Source: Octopus sinensis (lineage: Eukaryota). Taken from it: DNA of 64,000 nucleotides. Every line of letters starts with the position of its first letter. Position 1 is the first letter of the stretch. Below the pieces are notes generated by a model. That model was given only the letters and a program-made list of their open reading frames with translations. It ran no database searches and was not told the origin of the DNA. Location: contig NC_042997.1 of the NCBI RefSeq assembly GCF_006345805.1, positions 134,788,001 to 134,852,000 on the forward strand. The letters are read 5' to 3'. The position numbers were made by a program, and so were the translations under genes. Positions 25,516 through 38,965 of the stretch are shown piece by piece.

Positions 25516-26105
25516 ATGTTACATTACTCGGTAGTCAAGATAAAACTCTGAGTTTCAGATGCCGAAGTGGAAATCCACAACACCATCTCTTCGGTTATCT
25601 GGCTATTTGAAAACGTTATGAAAAAATACCGTTAAAAATGAAGGGAAATTACTCTGTTATAACTCTGCTTTGCCTGCGTACTTATACATCGCTCGCATTT
25701 TTCGTCATAAAAATTATATAAAAATACATAAAAATATATAAAAATATAAAATCTTCTTGGGACATAACACAGAAAGCATGTTCTATCCGTTTTCTTTAGG
25801 GGACCAAAAACGTAACAGAAATTTAACAGAAATTTAGTCACATGTGGGCATGATCCGAAAAGCTCTGTCCTTGTATTTAGACATGTGGTAGGGTCTAAGC
25901 TGCTTTTCCAGATAAGCCATCTCTCCATGTCGCATAAACCGCACCTTCCGCTGCCGTTAGTATAGGGCTTACATCTGGCCAAAATCTTCCATTGTATGTT
26001 ATAATCGACACCTATCTTGACTACCGAGTGATGTAACATATTGTATAGATAAATTTCCTCTATTTACATAATATTGAGGTCTCTTTCTTTCTTTTGTTAT
26101 CTTAC
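25512..26105 (-). mobile_element. Penelope-like element 3' remnant (GIY-YIG endonuclease C-terminus, pLTR, short inversion)
   Basis: WKILARCKPYTNGSGRCGLCDMERWLI...CLNTRTELFGSCPHVTKFLL; 28-bp inverted repeat (~25515-25542 vs ~26013-26040); (TA)n flanks. Confidence 0.85.
25539..25599 (-). ncRNA. Degenerate hammerhead ribozyme in the Penelope pLTR
   Basis: gataa-CCGAAGA-gatg...catc-t-GAAAC-tcaga-GTT-ttatc: perfect 5-bp stem I, core U4->C, one extra U before GAAA. Confidence 0.55.
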
Positions 26106-27049
26106 CGTTTTATCAATATATATATATATATATATATATTCTTTTATACCAGGACAGATTCTAACCGTAACTTTTGTCTTACCAGGATGTTGCAGGGATG
26201 TTAACACGCCAAAACTGCTTCTTGATCGGTCATGCGGGTGACAAACACACACACAAAAACACACAGACGCACACACATACACAAACATACACGCATTTGC
26301 ACACACACATATTCAACGGGCTTCTTTTAGTTTCCGTCTATGAAATCCACTCACAATGCTTTGGACCGCCCGAGGCTATAGTAAAACACACTTGCCTGAG
26401 GTGACACGTATTCAGACTGTATCCGGACCCTGTGATTAGGAAGGCAGCTCCTTACTACAAAGCCACGGCACACACAAAATTGGTTATATATATCTTGTAC
26501 CGATCAGTTATAGGTGGTTTAATAAGAATTACTCCCTCCAGCGAGAGCGAAACATTGTGCAATATAAACAAGAATTAAATGTGAGCAACAGTAAGTGCCA
26601 TACTTCTGACATTATTACAGCCGGAGTTTGTATTGCATCTTGTATATCATCATGTAAGCGTTGAAGCGGAAACGTAATGCAGCTGTTATCTGAGAAATAG
26701 CAAGAAATAAGGGGAGAAACATAGTAAGGAGGTAGGGAGAGTAAAAAAATAAAAGCAAAAAATGAGAAAAGGAAACATGTGAAAATGAATAGAAGGATGA
26801 TAGATAAGAGTTGTGTCCCTTTGAATAGGAATTGTTTTGCGAGATGAATTCGACGGTGAAATTTTTTCGAGACTCTATGAAAAATTATATCATTTTAAAT
26901 ATGTACAGCTAATTGGAGTAGCTACTCTACTTCGATCAGTGGAAATGTGGGTTTGTGTTTATCGGTATGCAATTAATTTGACATGAAAATAAGTATGTTT
27001 TAAAATTTATTGTGATATATTTATGCGCTATCAATATAGCCTCCATAAC

Positions 27050-27400
27050 GTCCACCGCGTCCATTCTTTACATGCGTAAGTTGGCAAACTCTAGCACAGA
27101 AGTTTTGGGATTCTTCGGCTACACTCACAAAGGAAGCCTTGCCAGAGGTTAGACCACTGTTGCATGCAAACAGTTTCGTGTATCGATAAGAGGAAGCTGG
27201 GTGTTATGTGAGACCCAAAGCGGTCGAACAACATAGAAGTGCATTTCACGTACCACTGTCAGAGTTACTTCTTCCTTCACATAACCCATGTGTCGCATTC
27301 GAAATTCGAAATGCGCAACTCCACGCCTTCAGTTTCAGCAAACAACCAGTGCCCTACATGCGGTAGTACCTATTGGGCACGCATCGGTCTAATTGGGCAA
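27050..27400 (+). mobile_element. RTE (BovB-like) LINE 3' remnant
   Basis: C-terminal CPTCGSTYWARIGLIG motif; duplicated at ~49425-49775. Confidence 0.65.
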
Positions 27401-28575
27401 GGAGTAACCGTGCTCCCTCTTCTCCGGCCATGTGACTTCCTTGCTTATGTATTTCATTATACCACGCATTTCATTTATGCCTTCAATATAGAAATTGGCT
27501 TACGCAGTATCTGTGTATTTTGTTTGCAGAAACAAGTTGAGTACTTGACTTGAACTTTTATTATGTTCTAGGTATGTTTCATAAGATTCTTTGGTGCTTA
27601 TTTATCTTCCCAAATTTGCATGTTGTTAAATAACATCTGAAATTCTGAATTCATTACTTCGTAGTTAGCATGTAAATTATGGCATTATTCCTTAAGGTAC
27701 TTGGAGAAAATATTCTGTAAAATATGGATTTTTGAGAGTTTTCATTGGTTTTTGGCCCTCTTGAAGTATAGTTTCGTAACACGTTAAGCAAATTGAAAAC
27801 AATTTTTCGTGTATTTCTTCAATTCTTGTCTCGGTTCGTTCGTATCAGACGAGAATATATAGTGTGTCGTTCTAGTCAGGTAATACCATGAAATTTATAC
27901 CTGGATTAAATGGATTAAATACTCTGAAATTTATACTTGGATTAAATGCTCCTCATGTCCCTGTTTCATAGCCACTTCAGGCGAAATTAGATTGTATAAA
28001 CAGTAAATAGTGTTAAATCAAAATTCCTCTTCCTTCCATTGTGGAGCAGGAAAACTGCTTCACTAAATTTGACTGCATATTTTTTTATGTATTAGTGTAT
28101 TTACACAAGTTCAGCTGGCCATGCAGTCAATGAGTGGAAGTTTACACGCTTTATTCAACACAGAAAATGAAAATATAGCCACTGTCATTGACTGAAACAT
28201 AAAAGAATAAAAGAATAGCAAAGGACACGTTCTGTATTAAAATATATTTTTATTGATATTAGAATCCAATTCTTTACAATACAATAAATATATGATATAA
28301 ATTAACATATATAAGTCTTATGTCTTGCACTATAGAAAAGCAGCAGAAAAATATATTTAAACACTTTTATAATCATTCTATGGATGATAGATATAATTCA
28401 GAAAAAAATTAAATAAAATATTTTTTAAAATATTATTGTTTCTGTTACAGTGACATATATATGTGTGAGAGCATTTGTGTGCCTGCAAATGCACATACAA
28501 ACAAACAGGTATTCACGCGTACCTCCGCTCACACACATATATATAAAATTATATTAAAATATATACAAAAATGCC

Positions 28576-28614
<39 letters not shown>

Positions 28615-29218
28615 TTCACAGTTATATAACGGTTAAAATTAAATATTTATGTAAATATTACGTAAACGTTGTTGTTAGTGAGAATGTACTGGTGAATCCC
28701 ATACCAGTTTTTAAGTAACCATATGATATGGATATGGACTCAGATAATCTTAGGTCTATTACAGTAATCTCCCCTTATAGAGTCATCTATCAGTTCACGT
28801 AATCATCAATTACAAGTTTGTGACATATCAAATATCCATGGAGTCCAGCTCTCTATATTTGAATCAATTTGTGAATATAAAATTGTTTTGTACAAGGATG
28901 AGTGGTGATATGAACGAAAATATGTAAGTATAATTCGTTGCATAGTACAATTAATACACGAAGAAGGCTGTGAAAGGCCAGTAATTCTACGAAAGTCAGA
29001 AGTAAAATATAACATATGTTCATCTAATATATATTCATCCATCAAGCTTCCTAACTTTAAATGACATTCACTCCCCCTCCCTCTCTCTCCCTCGCTCGCT
29101 CTCCTTCTTTATGTATGTATATATGTATGTATGTGTGTATGTATTTATGTGTATACATATACATATGTATATGTATATATATAGGTATACACACGCATAC
29201 ATACATACACACACACAC

Positions 29219-29272
<54 letters not shown>

Positions 29273-29527
29273 GTATATATATATATATATATATATACAT
29301 ATATACATACACACACACACACACGCACATATATATTTCGTTTTAGGATTTGGTTTGCAAGATTCTTTATATGAGTTCGTGTGTTGAAGAGTCAAAACTA
29401 TTGAAAAGGTTGCAAGACGCAACGGAAATTTTAGGACAGTAAAAAAGAAGAAAAACGTGGAAATTTTACCTGTGAGTGTGTTACATAATAAGACGCAAAA
29501 AGAAAATGAGTCTCCCCGGAATCAATA

Positions 29528-29592
<65 letters not shown>

Positions 29593-30378
29593 CATACTAT
29601 TTACTATCTATATGTACACAAATATATGATACCAAAAACCATCAGTCATGCACTTCTACACAATTAGCCACTTAACTGTTTTGAAATTTCTGGCTACGTT
29701 TTTGAAATGTTATTCAGATGGAATGAAATGTTTTTAATTATTACAATTATGTTACCTAGTTATGTTTTATATATATATATACAATAAAATTGGCACTAAA
29801 GTAGGAAACCACGTGCATTTGATGTGTGTACAGGTGTCTGTATTTTCATGCATGGTTGGTTCTTATAATGAGGATAAACAATGAAGACCGGTGTATTTAA
29901 TGCTAGGAATATGTAACGTATATGTAAAGATATTCCAATACCATTTATCGGTTTCAAATATTTATATATAAAGAAGCTTGATATAGTTTAGGTAAAAATA
30001 TTGCAAATATTCAGAATGAGTTAAATAAGATAGTAAATAAGATAAGAGTTCCCCTCAGTGTTTACAAAATAAAGAAAGACAAAATAATTTCAAAGAGATA
30101 TTTCTCGAAACTGGTTTTTGCCAATGTATGTATTTATTTTCAAATATATACTTATAAACACGTAAGTATGTAAATATTTATATGCACATATATATTTATA
30201 TTTGTATATATGTGTATGTGTGTATGCGTGTGCATGTGTGTGTGCGTGCTTGTGTGCATGTGTGTGAGTTTGTGGTATGTGTTTGTGAGTATATATACAC
30301 ACAAAGTGAGAGAGAATGAGTTAGCGAGAAAGAAATGAATAGCGTGGGAGAACACATTTAAATTTGTACACTTGTATG

Positions 30379-30414
<36 letters not shown>

Positions 30415-30545
30415 TTCTTATGTGTTTTTTTATAACAACCACACAGTGGTTTACTGAACCTTCCATAACATTGTGAAAAACATTTGTGCTACACACATTT
30501 GAATGTTCAATGATGTTGGCCGATATTACGACTCTCGTTGTCATT

Positions 30546-31052
30546 TCATCCGGATAATACATCGCTTCTCCGTGCGCAGACACAGGCTGTGGCTACATCG
30601 ACGACACTTGGTTTATAAACGTACAGTCCATCAACACATTCAGCTGTACGTTTCAGGACAGTCATTGGAGTATAAACCACCACACATTGGTGGTTACTGT
30701 CAGAGTCCACACACTCCGTACAGCGACACACGACATCAGTGCGTGATGAAGGATAATATGTGGAATTGTGGGTAATTGTCAGGTACCATGGGCAGCTTGA
30801 ACGCTCGCGAAGTATATCAGTAAACACAGAAGATGTAGAGCAAGTTTTATCCCCTACGGTCAGTGCTTGTTGGTCACTTCCGGCTGGGGCTTTTTCAGCT
30901 GGTAGGAAAAAGTTATTGCCGATCGCTGCGTTGTATAGTTTCTGGTACTGAATTTTCAAGTCGCTTGGTATATTACATTGAGTCGGAATTGAGGCCGAGG
31001 ATATGAACAATACGACGTTGGTGAGAAGGAAGATCACAGCTCGTAGGAGAAC
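30546..31052 (-). CDS. IL17: Interleukin-17-like cytokine, paralog A, exon 2
   Basis: Acceptor ...atcgcacag|GTT at 31053/31052. Hydrophobic signal segment, then RSSCPWY...YPS...CRC..C...C......VLKR...C......VATACVC (IL-17 cystine-knot pattern); stop at 30546. Confidence 0.92.
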   Translation of the reverse strand, partial: VLLRAVIFLLTNVVLFISSASIPTQCNIPSDLKIQYQKLYNAAIGNNFFLPAEKAPAGSDQQALTVGDKTCSTSSVFTDILRERSSCPWYLTITHNSTYYPSSRTDVVCRCTECVDSDSNHQCVVVYTPMTVLKRTAECVDGLYVYKPSVVDVATACVCARRSDVLSG

Positions 31053-32084
31053 CTGTGCGATATAAAATGTTTATGAGAAAATGAGTAGTTACATTTCAAT
31101 ATGAGTCACAGCTAAATCAATGAACGAAATCAAGAATAATATATTACATCTATAGTACATATCAACTCACCCTCTCTGTCTGTCTGTCTGTCTCTCTCTC
31201 TCACAAACACACACACACAAAACATATAGACACTGCACACACATACACACAAGCGCGCGTGCACACTCATATATACATATACATGTATGTATTCACACCA
31301 GTTTATTAAAGATTAGAGGGCATTCGTTGTAATATGTGGGTCGAAAGAAAAATTTGCATGTATATAAGAAAATATTAAGGAATGAAATACTTCCGACAAG
31401 ACTTGTATCAGCTGTTGATATTCATATTTGAAGCAGGAAAGTTACAAATGAAAAGTATAATAAGAACAGTAGGAAATGGGCTAGTCTGATACTCATATGA
31501 ATTCTTAAGTAAGCAAGGAAATGTCACAAACCGTGCATGTTTATGTGCAAGAGGTATATTCAATTTGATATACAGTAAATAGCAACTGAAAAATTGTGGA
31601 AAATATTTGCAACAAGCTATTAGGACAACGTGTTATTTTCTCAAACGATGTAAATGTACTGCATATCAACTACGGCGGCATTTGAATTTGTGAAATATCA
31701 GATGTTTAAAGGAACAGCAAGGATGACGAAAAATTCTCAAGAAATTTATCGTTTTTACCCGAATAATTAGGTGTCAACGTCATCCTCGCCAAATTCGCCA
31801 TAATGTCGTCAGTGTCTTTGATTGTTTCGTTGACGATGTAAAGCAGAAATGTCTTTCATTTTATAATCACTGCATTTTTAGTGAAGATGATGTTACTTGG
31901 AAATTATATTTTTCAGTCAATGAGTAAATCAAACAATGCACGAAACTAAATCATCACGTGAGGATGTAGACTCAGAAAATTAAAGAAAAGAAAGAGTAAT
32001 AATCGGTCAAGTTTTAGCCACTTATGAAATATGTGTACTTTCCTTTTAAGGTAATTTTTACAATGGATTATAATTACTCTTCTA

Positions 32085-32590
32085 CTCTTTTACTTGATTC
32101 AGTCATTTGATTGAGACCATGCTGGAGCACAGCCTTTAGTCGAGCAAATCGACCCCAGGACTTATTCTTTGTAATTCTAGTACTTATTCTATCGGTCTCT
32201 TTTGCCGAAACGCTAAATACGGGGACGTAAACACACCAGCATCTGTTGTCAAGCGATGTTGGGAGGACAAACACAGAAACACAAACATATACACACACAT
32301 ACATATATGTATACGTATATACGACTGGCTTCTTTCAGTTTCCATCTACCAAATCCACTCACATGACTTTGGTCGGCCCGAGGCTATAGAAGACACTTGC
32401 CCAATGTGCCACGCAGTGGGACTGAACCCGGAACCATGTGGTTCGTAAGCAAGCTACTTACCAAACAACCACTCCAACGCCAACTTACCATACAGCCACT
32501 CCTGCGCCTGCTTACCACACAGCCATTCCTGCGCCTACTTACCACACAGCCATTCCTACGATTGCTTATAACACAGCCACTCCTACGCCT
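32085..32590 (-). mobile_element. Composite tRNA-derived SINE in the IL17-A intron; 5' head amplified as a ~27-bp minisatellite
   Basis: Same family as 988-1378; cttaccacacagccactcctgcgcct-like units repeated 4-5 times at ~32455-32590. Confidence 0.75.
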
Positions 32591-33918
32591 TTAAATGCGG
32601 TGAGCTGGCAGAACCGCTTGCACGCCTGAGAAAAATGCTTGGCGGCACTTAATCCGTCTTCAGTTTGGGGTTCAAATTTTGTTATATTGTTATTCTCTTA
32701 CAAAACAATAATCTCAAGTAAATTAGATCAATGAGATCATAAACTCTACAGTAGCAATCTAGTTCTGATAGCGTAAGAAATTGGAAGTTCATCCAAATAT
32801 ATTAAAACTTGAAACGTGTTATAATCTTATAAAACAATTGTCTCAAGTAAACTAGGAGATCAAAGATATAGTCTTTAGAGTAGCAAAATTAGTTCTGATT
32901 GCGTTAGACTACACTAACTATGGAATGGATTCGAAAGCATTATCGATAGCGTTAATATGATCAAAAAATATAATATAGTTTTATAAATCTCTGCATTGAC
33001 ATAGAACTATGAATTTATATAACATCAATATCCGCAGTTCTCGATAATTTGTATTTGACAATCCATAAATGGGTAATAAAATATAGGAGAGAATACAACC
33101 TTAAATCTCAAAATATTCCATTTTCCATAAGTTATGTATAAAGTAACCATTAACGATTTTTCGCTTTCTTAACTCATTATCTAATATCTAGTCTGGTGTA
33201 ATTTATTCTTTTAAACACAGGTAATACTCATCTTTTATTATTTTATTAAATCTATGTAGTAGCTTAACTTCAAATATCGATACTCAAAAAAATATTAAAC
33301 CGAAGTAAGGTCAGTCTAGCAACCTACTATTTAGAAATACTAACTCACTCTTATTCTTTCTCATACACACCTCTTCAAATTTTCCGGGTTACTAATCTCC
33401 GTCAGGCACTGAACCAATTTCAACCTTTAAATCTATTGCCTTCATGCAAACTAACAAAGCTTACCATTCACAAGCAACCTAAACGACGCTTCTCTCTTCC
33501 ACCAATCTTCCACCTGTATGACGATAACCCTCTAATAGTCTAATTGTATAACCCTAAAGTTGAAATTTATTTCTCCTCCGACTATTCTCTATCTAAATAC
33601 CCCACAGCTCCTACTAATACACTTAGTTCTCCACAATATCATTTTATGTTGAATTTCCATTCTCTCAATACATTAGATTTTACAATACACCCCTCAAGAC
33701 GGAGGCTGTTATTATCCGACGTGCCATCAGTTTACATTCATTATTTTGGACCACGCAACACCTAGAAACAGATGTTGGACTCGTAAAACTCTTATTCACC
33801 TGGTTTAATTGATATCATTTTTATTCTGTGTAAGTCGGACTTTTTATATGTAAACGTTATACATTATATTCATGGTTTATATTAAATGAATTTACTATCT
33901 TTTTTATATCGACATGCC

Positions 33919-33990
<72 letters not shown>

Positions 33991-34194
33991 CATATATATA
34001 CATACATACACATATCTGGAAGGAAATATTTAGTTTAGTTGATTGTGCATAGTAACTTAACTTTCTTTGAGACGGTCTGTGAGTTCAAATCCGGCCATAA
34101 GCACCTTTTGCTATGAAAATGTTTTGAAGAATGATTGCATAGCTTGTTAAAGCTTTATGAACAGACTTTATGTTGCTTACTAACAAATAGTTTT

Positions 34195-34500
34195 TAAGGC
34201 ACATGTCTCTGTGGTTAGAACATCAGGCCCACAATTATGAGGTCGTAAGGTCGATTTCCGCGTCGGGCTGTGTGTTGTATTCTTTGAGCAAAACACTTTA
34301 TTTCACGTTGCTCTCGTCCCTTCAGCTGTAGAAATGAGGTGCGATGTCACTGATGATAAGCGGTGTCTGCATTTGCCTTCCACTTGTAAACCATCGATGG
34401 CGTGGAGAAGGGAGGCTGGTATGAATTGGACGAATTGGTCTTGTTGAGGAAAGCTATTGGATCACTCCCATGGACATTCAGGACGAAGGGTTTCTTTACT
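34195..34500 (+). mobile_element. tRNA-derived CORE-like SINE
   Basis: tRNA-like head plus ttctttgagcaaaacactttatttcacgttgctc...cagctgtagaaatgag; relatives at ~47262-47598 (-) and ~57846-58150 (+). Confidence 0.65.
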
Positions 34501-34948
34501 TTAACCAATAGATAACTAAATTGATCGATAAATGATTACACAGATTATGTGCTTTATATCCTTCTGGTTTAAGGTTTTTTAAAGAATCTGCACAAATTCT
34601 ACTTTAACACCTGCCAAATTTGCGCTCACACTCACTCAACTGCAATTTTAGATAGATTCAAATTTGTAACAAAAAATTACATGTATATAATAAATGCAAA
34701 AAAAATATACGACGCCTCTTATAAATATATATATGTGTGTGTTTGTGTGTGTATGAAAGCAAAGAATTACATCAATACTCCAAGGCCATAAAAATACGTA
34801 TCATATGTCTAATACCAATCTGAGTAAGGAACATAAGCATAATCAGTCACTCGTTGGAAAAAAAGGTAGAATGATACGAGAGTAAGCATAGAAATAAGTC
34901 TAAAGATATGAATATAACAGTTGATAGTAACAATGTATGTTTACTTAC

Positions 34949-34963
34949 GTTGGTAGTATTCAT
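34949..34963 (-). CDS. IL17: IL-17-like paralog A, 15-nt first coding exon (MNTTN)
   Basis: ataATG AAT ACT ACC AAC|GTAAGT: consensus phase-0 donor, in frame with the phase-0 acceptor at 31052, giving a 173-aa protein; identical in paralog B. Confidence 0.75.
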
Positions 34964-35096
34964 TATAATGGTTGCTTTCTTGGTATGGAAAGGATGACAA
35001 TAGTATAATATATGTATATATTTTCAAGCAAATCTTAAGCGTGTTAAGTTTTCAAAATAATATTCGCTTGTGATGATAGCAGCTACTCTGAGATTA

Positions 35097-35104
35097 CTTA
35101 TATA
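35097..35104 (-). promoter_or_regulatory. Candidate TATA box of IL17-A
   Basis: TATATAAG ~135 nt upstream of the inferred ATG; conserved at 58746-58753. Confidence 0.4.
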
Positions 35105-35384
35105 TGTCATAAAGCTTAATCAAAACAAAAGAAATTATAAATATAATCAGGCGGAACTAACAAAATTACGTAAAACATTTCTTCCCGTACTTAGAAAACA
35201 TCTGAAGGAACCAGGACATAGTTTATTATTTGTTTCCTCTTTTACCTGTAAATCGGGTGTGATACGGTGTGAATTGTCTTATTAGATGGGAACTTATTCA
35301 AATATTGCGTTGTGTAGTTTGCCGCTCTATTTTTAATATGATGTATCATCTCACTTGCTTATTTTATCTGTTTATATATATATA

Positions 35385-35455
<71 letters not shown>

Positions 35456-35529
35456 GTGTGTGTGTGTGTATACATATATATATGTATGTATATATATATA
35501 TCTATAACTATATATATATAATAATAAAG

Positions 35530-35594
<65 letters not shown>

Positions 35595-35616
<22 letters not shown>

Positions 35617-36100
35617 TATTAGGGAGTAAATCCATACTTAGAGGGAAAAATTAGATTTAGGATTAAATCCAATTTTACAGTATAAATATATGTATGTAAT
35701 ATTTTTTCTAATGATAATTTATTCAATTATAGAACGATGTATTTGATCTATCGATAAATTAATTTACTTATTTAATTAGGTTAATTTATTATTGATTAGT
35801 ATTTATTTTGAGTATTAATAATATGATATGTAATATAAAATATATATTTATCTTATACCAGAGTTAAGTTCATATTTTGTTATATTTTTGTTATAAATTT
35901 GTTAAATTAATCTATATGTATGTATTTTCTTTATATTTGAAGTAGATTTATTTAGATGTTTATTTAATCAATTTTATTTAATATAGACGTATAGATTAGT
36001 AAGAAAGAATAATTGGTTAAAACGAAATGTTTACTTGAATGATTGTATGGAAGTATGAATATAGGCATTTATATACGTATGTATTCATATGATATATGTG

Positions 36101-36155
<55 letters not shown>

Positions 36156-38183
36156 GTATATATGTGTGTTTGTATGTATATATATGCATATGTATATGTA
36201 TGTATTGTGTATTGTATGTATATATATATGTGTGTATATACATGCACAATAATAGCTCATCTTATGAGAAGCGCTTTACGAGACACTGGAATATGTTCAC
36301 GAGGTTGAGCTTAAATATAAAAGCGTACTCTGGGAAAGAATTTACTCGTACGTAGAGGCGTTACTATAATTTGTTTATATATGTTTATTAATCTTATAAG
36401 ACTTTTAGAGTATACATAGTAATTAGTAGTTATAAATTATTTAATTTATTGAGTATTAAGTATTATTTATCATAGTTATTTTAATAATAAATCTTATAGT
36501 ATAGAGTGGTTTTATTCTTTAATTGTAACTTCATTCTAGTTACATTTATTGATAAACCATAACTTTTTCTATTGACAATTTTAATTCACAATTTTCATTG
36601 ATAAAGCGTATTTGTAATTCTTCACTGTTAAAGAATTCTTCAACAATTTATTCTATTTTTGTTAATAACGTAATTCCACGAGTATTCTTATAAACGCTGA
36701 AAAGACGTTTTCCGATTTACAGTTTTAGTTCATCACAAAACCTTGCACAGCTAAGTATATATTTCTATTTAAGATTTAAAAAGTCTTATTGTATAATTTT
36801 GTATTCTATATAAATACTGATTGTTATGTAATGATTTAGTTATCGAAGTAATGTATATAATTATGAGATTTTAACTCTACGTTTATTTGTAAGACTTTAC
36901 TTAGCCAAAGAGATATATAGATCGTTAATAGTAATACGAGTTTTTTTTAAGTTAGGTTTCATGTCTATACTTTTATTGATAGCATTAATTTTAGTCTTTA
37001 ATAACTATATTTGTTGATAGTTATTTAGTTATTATTTTTAATATTTTATAATTGTTAAATGTGTACTTAAATCTAATATATGAATACTGATTTTTTTAGT
37101 TAATTATTTTGGTAATTAAAATTTTGGACTATAATTGAGTTAAGGATATTTGTGGGTTTATGTATTTTTAAGCTATTTTGTATATTCATAAACATCTCTA
37201 ATAGTTGACTTCGTCCTATTATAACTTATATATTGCTATTTTCAATTGATAATTTGTAGTAGTATTTTTCATTGATAAATATATTCGTAGTATTTATTGG
37301 ATACTATATAACAACGGATTGATAATTTCATTGTATAAGTATTTAGTTGTTGAAGATATGTATTTCATTATTTCATTTTAGTTCTTAACTATACGATTTT
37401 TGTAAGTTATTAATTAGCCAACGAGATATATGGATCGTTAATTAGTTATAGCGTTCTTTAAGATAGTTTATTTGTTTGTTTACAATTTGCTTTTTCATCT
37501 TTAATCTTTTAATTCTTAATATTTTTCATAAGTAATAATGAATAATTAATTTATTAGGTTTTTATTATACGTGCATATATATTTATTGATAAAGATAATT
37601 TTAGATCTTAATTCTTATATTTATATACATTTATATATATATTCATTGATAATTTAGTTATTATTCAATTATTATATATTTATTTGATTTGAAATTAAAT
37701 TTAATAGTATAAATAATGATTTTAAAAAAAATATTTAGGTAATTAGATATTCACTATAACTGAGATTTAGATTATTTGTGAGCTTATTATGTTTTTTTAA
37801 AGATAAATTATATCTGAATAGATAGATACATTTTCTATCTATTCTTACCTTAAAAATTAATATTTAACATTATAATCGATTGTATGACTTAATAATAATC
37901 GTTAAAGTTTCTAGTTTGATAATAGAGTTTTTTGTAAGAAAATTTATTATTTTATATATTTCTTTAAAAAATATTGTTTAAATATATTTGATTATATATT
38001 TAACTATTTTCATTAACCTGAAGATTGACTATAACCATAATTCAAATTATTAATTGAATTTAAATTATTGTTATTCGAATTAGGTTATGGGCATGAAACG
38101 ATCGTAGTGGTTTTACTTTTTAACTTATATTAAATTTTTTAATACTCTTTGATAGTTATACATATTTTTAAAAAGAAGAAGAA

Positions 38184-38219
<36 letters not shown>

Positions 38220-38340
38220 AAAAATAAAAATTTTTAAATATATATATATAAAAATTTATAAATATAAATTAAAAATTTTAAATTTTCAACTTTAAATTTA
38301 AATAATTTAAGTTTAGAATTTTATATCTTATATATTTTGT
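35595..38340. other. ~2.7-kb extremely AT-rich tract, possibly a heavily decayed Penelope-like element
   Basis: Very low C/G without simple periodicity; degenerate HHR-like motif at 38013-38110; duplicated at ~59765-62540. Confidence 0.35.
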
Positions 38341-38421
38341 ATATTATATTAATTAATTTTGTTTCTATGTTTTGGTTTGTTTTTCACTGATTTGCCTAAT
38401 AGTGGTTTTATCTCTAATTTA

Positions 38422-38463
<42 letters not shown>

Positions 38464-38741
38464 TCACCTACCACTCTATTTGACTGTGTAGCAATCTATC
38501 TTTGTCTCTACCATTCTGTCCTACTATCTATCTATCTGTCTATGTATATGTATATATATATAATATATAAACATATATATATATGTTTATATACATATAT
38601 ATGTATATATACATGCATATATGGGTACAGGACTTTAAAAAACTTTACAAAATGAGAAACATAAAAAGGAAATGAGAATATAAAAAGCAAAAACATAGAA
38701 AACGAATTTTTTTCGAACAACGAAAGAAACAAGCAAACAGA

Positions 38742-38965
38742 AAGCGGTGAGCTGGCAGAAACGTTAGAACGCCGGGCGAAATGCGTAGACGTATTTCGTC
38801 TCCCGTTAGGTTTTGAGTTCAAATTTCTCTGAGGTCGACTATGCCTTTTATCCTTTCAGGAGCGATAAATTAAATACCAGCTACGCACTGTGGTCGATCT
38901 AATTGACTTAATCCCTTTGTCTGTCCTTGTTTGTCCCTTCTATGTTTAGCCCCTTTTGGGCAATA
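38742..38965 (+). mobile_element. Third tRNA-derived SINE family
   Basis: gcggtgagctggcagaaacgttag...gagttcaaatt...gtcgactttgcctttcatcc; copies at ~45538-45765 and ~62966-63190, partial at ~32598 and ~56308. Confidence 0.65.

Noticed and set aside
30760-30951. Plus-strand 63-aa ORF (also 54477-54668) conserved in both copies
   Set aside because: Antisense shadow of the IL-17 exon; conservation is explained by the duplication.
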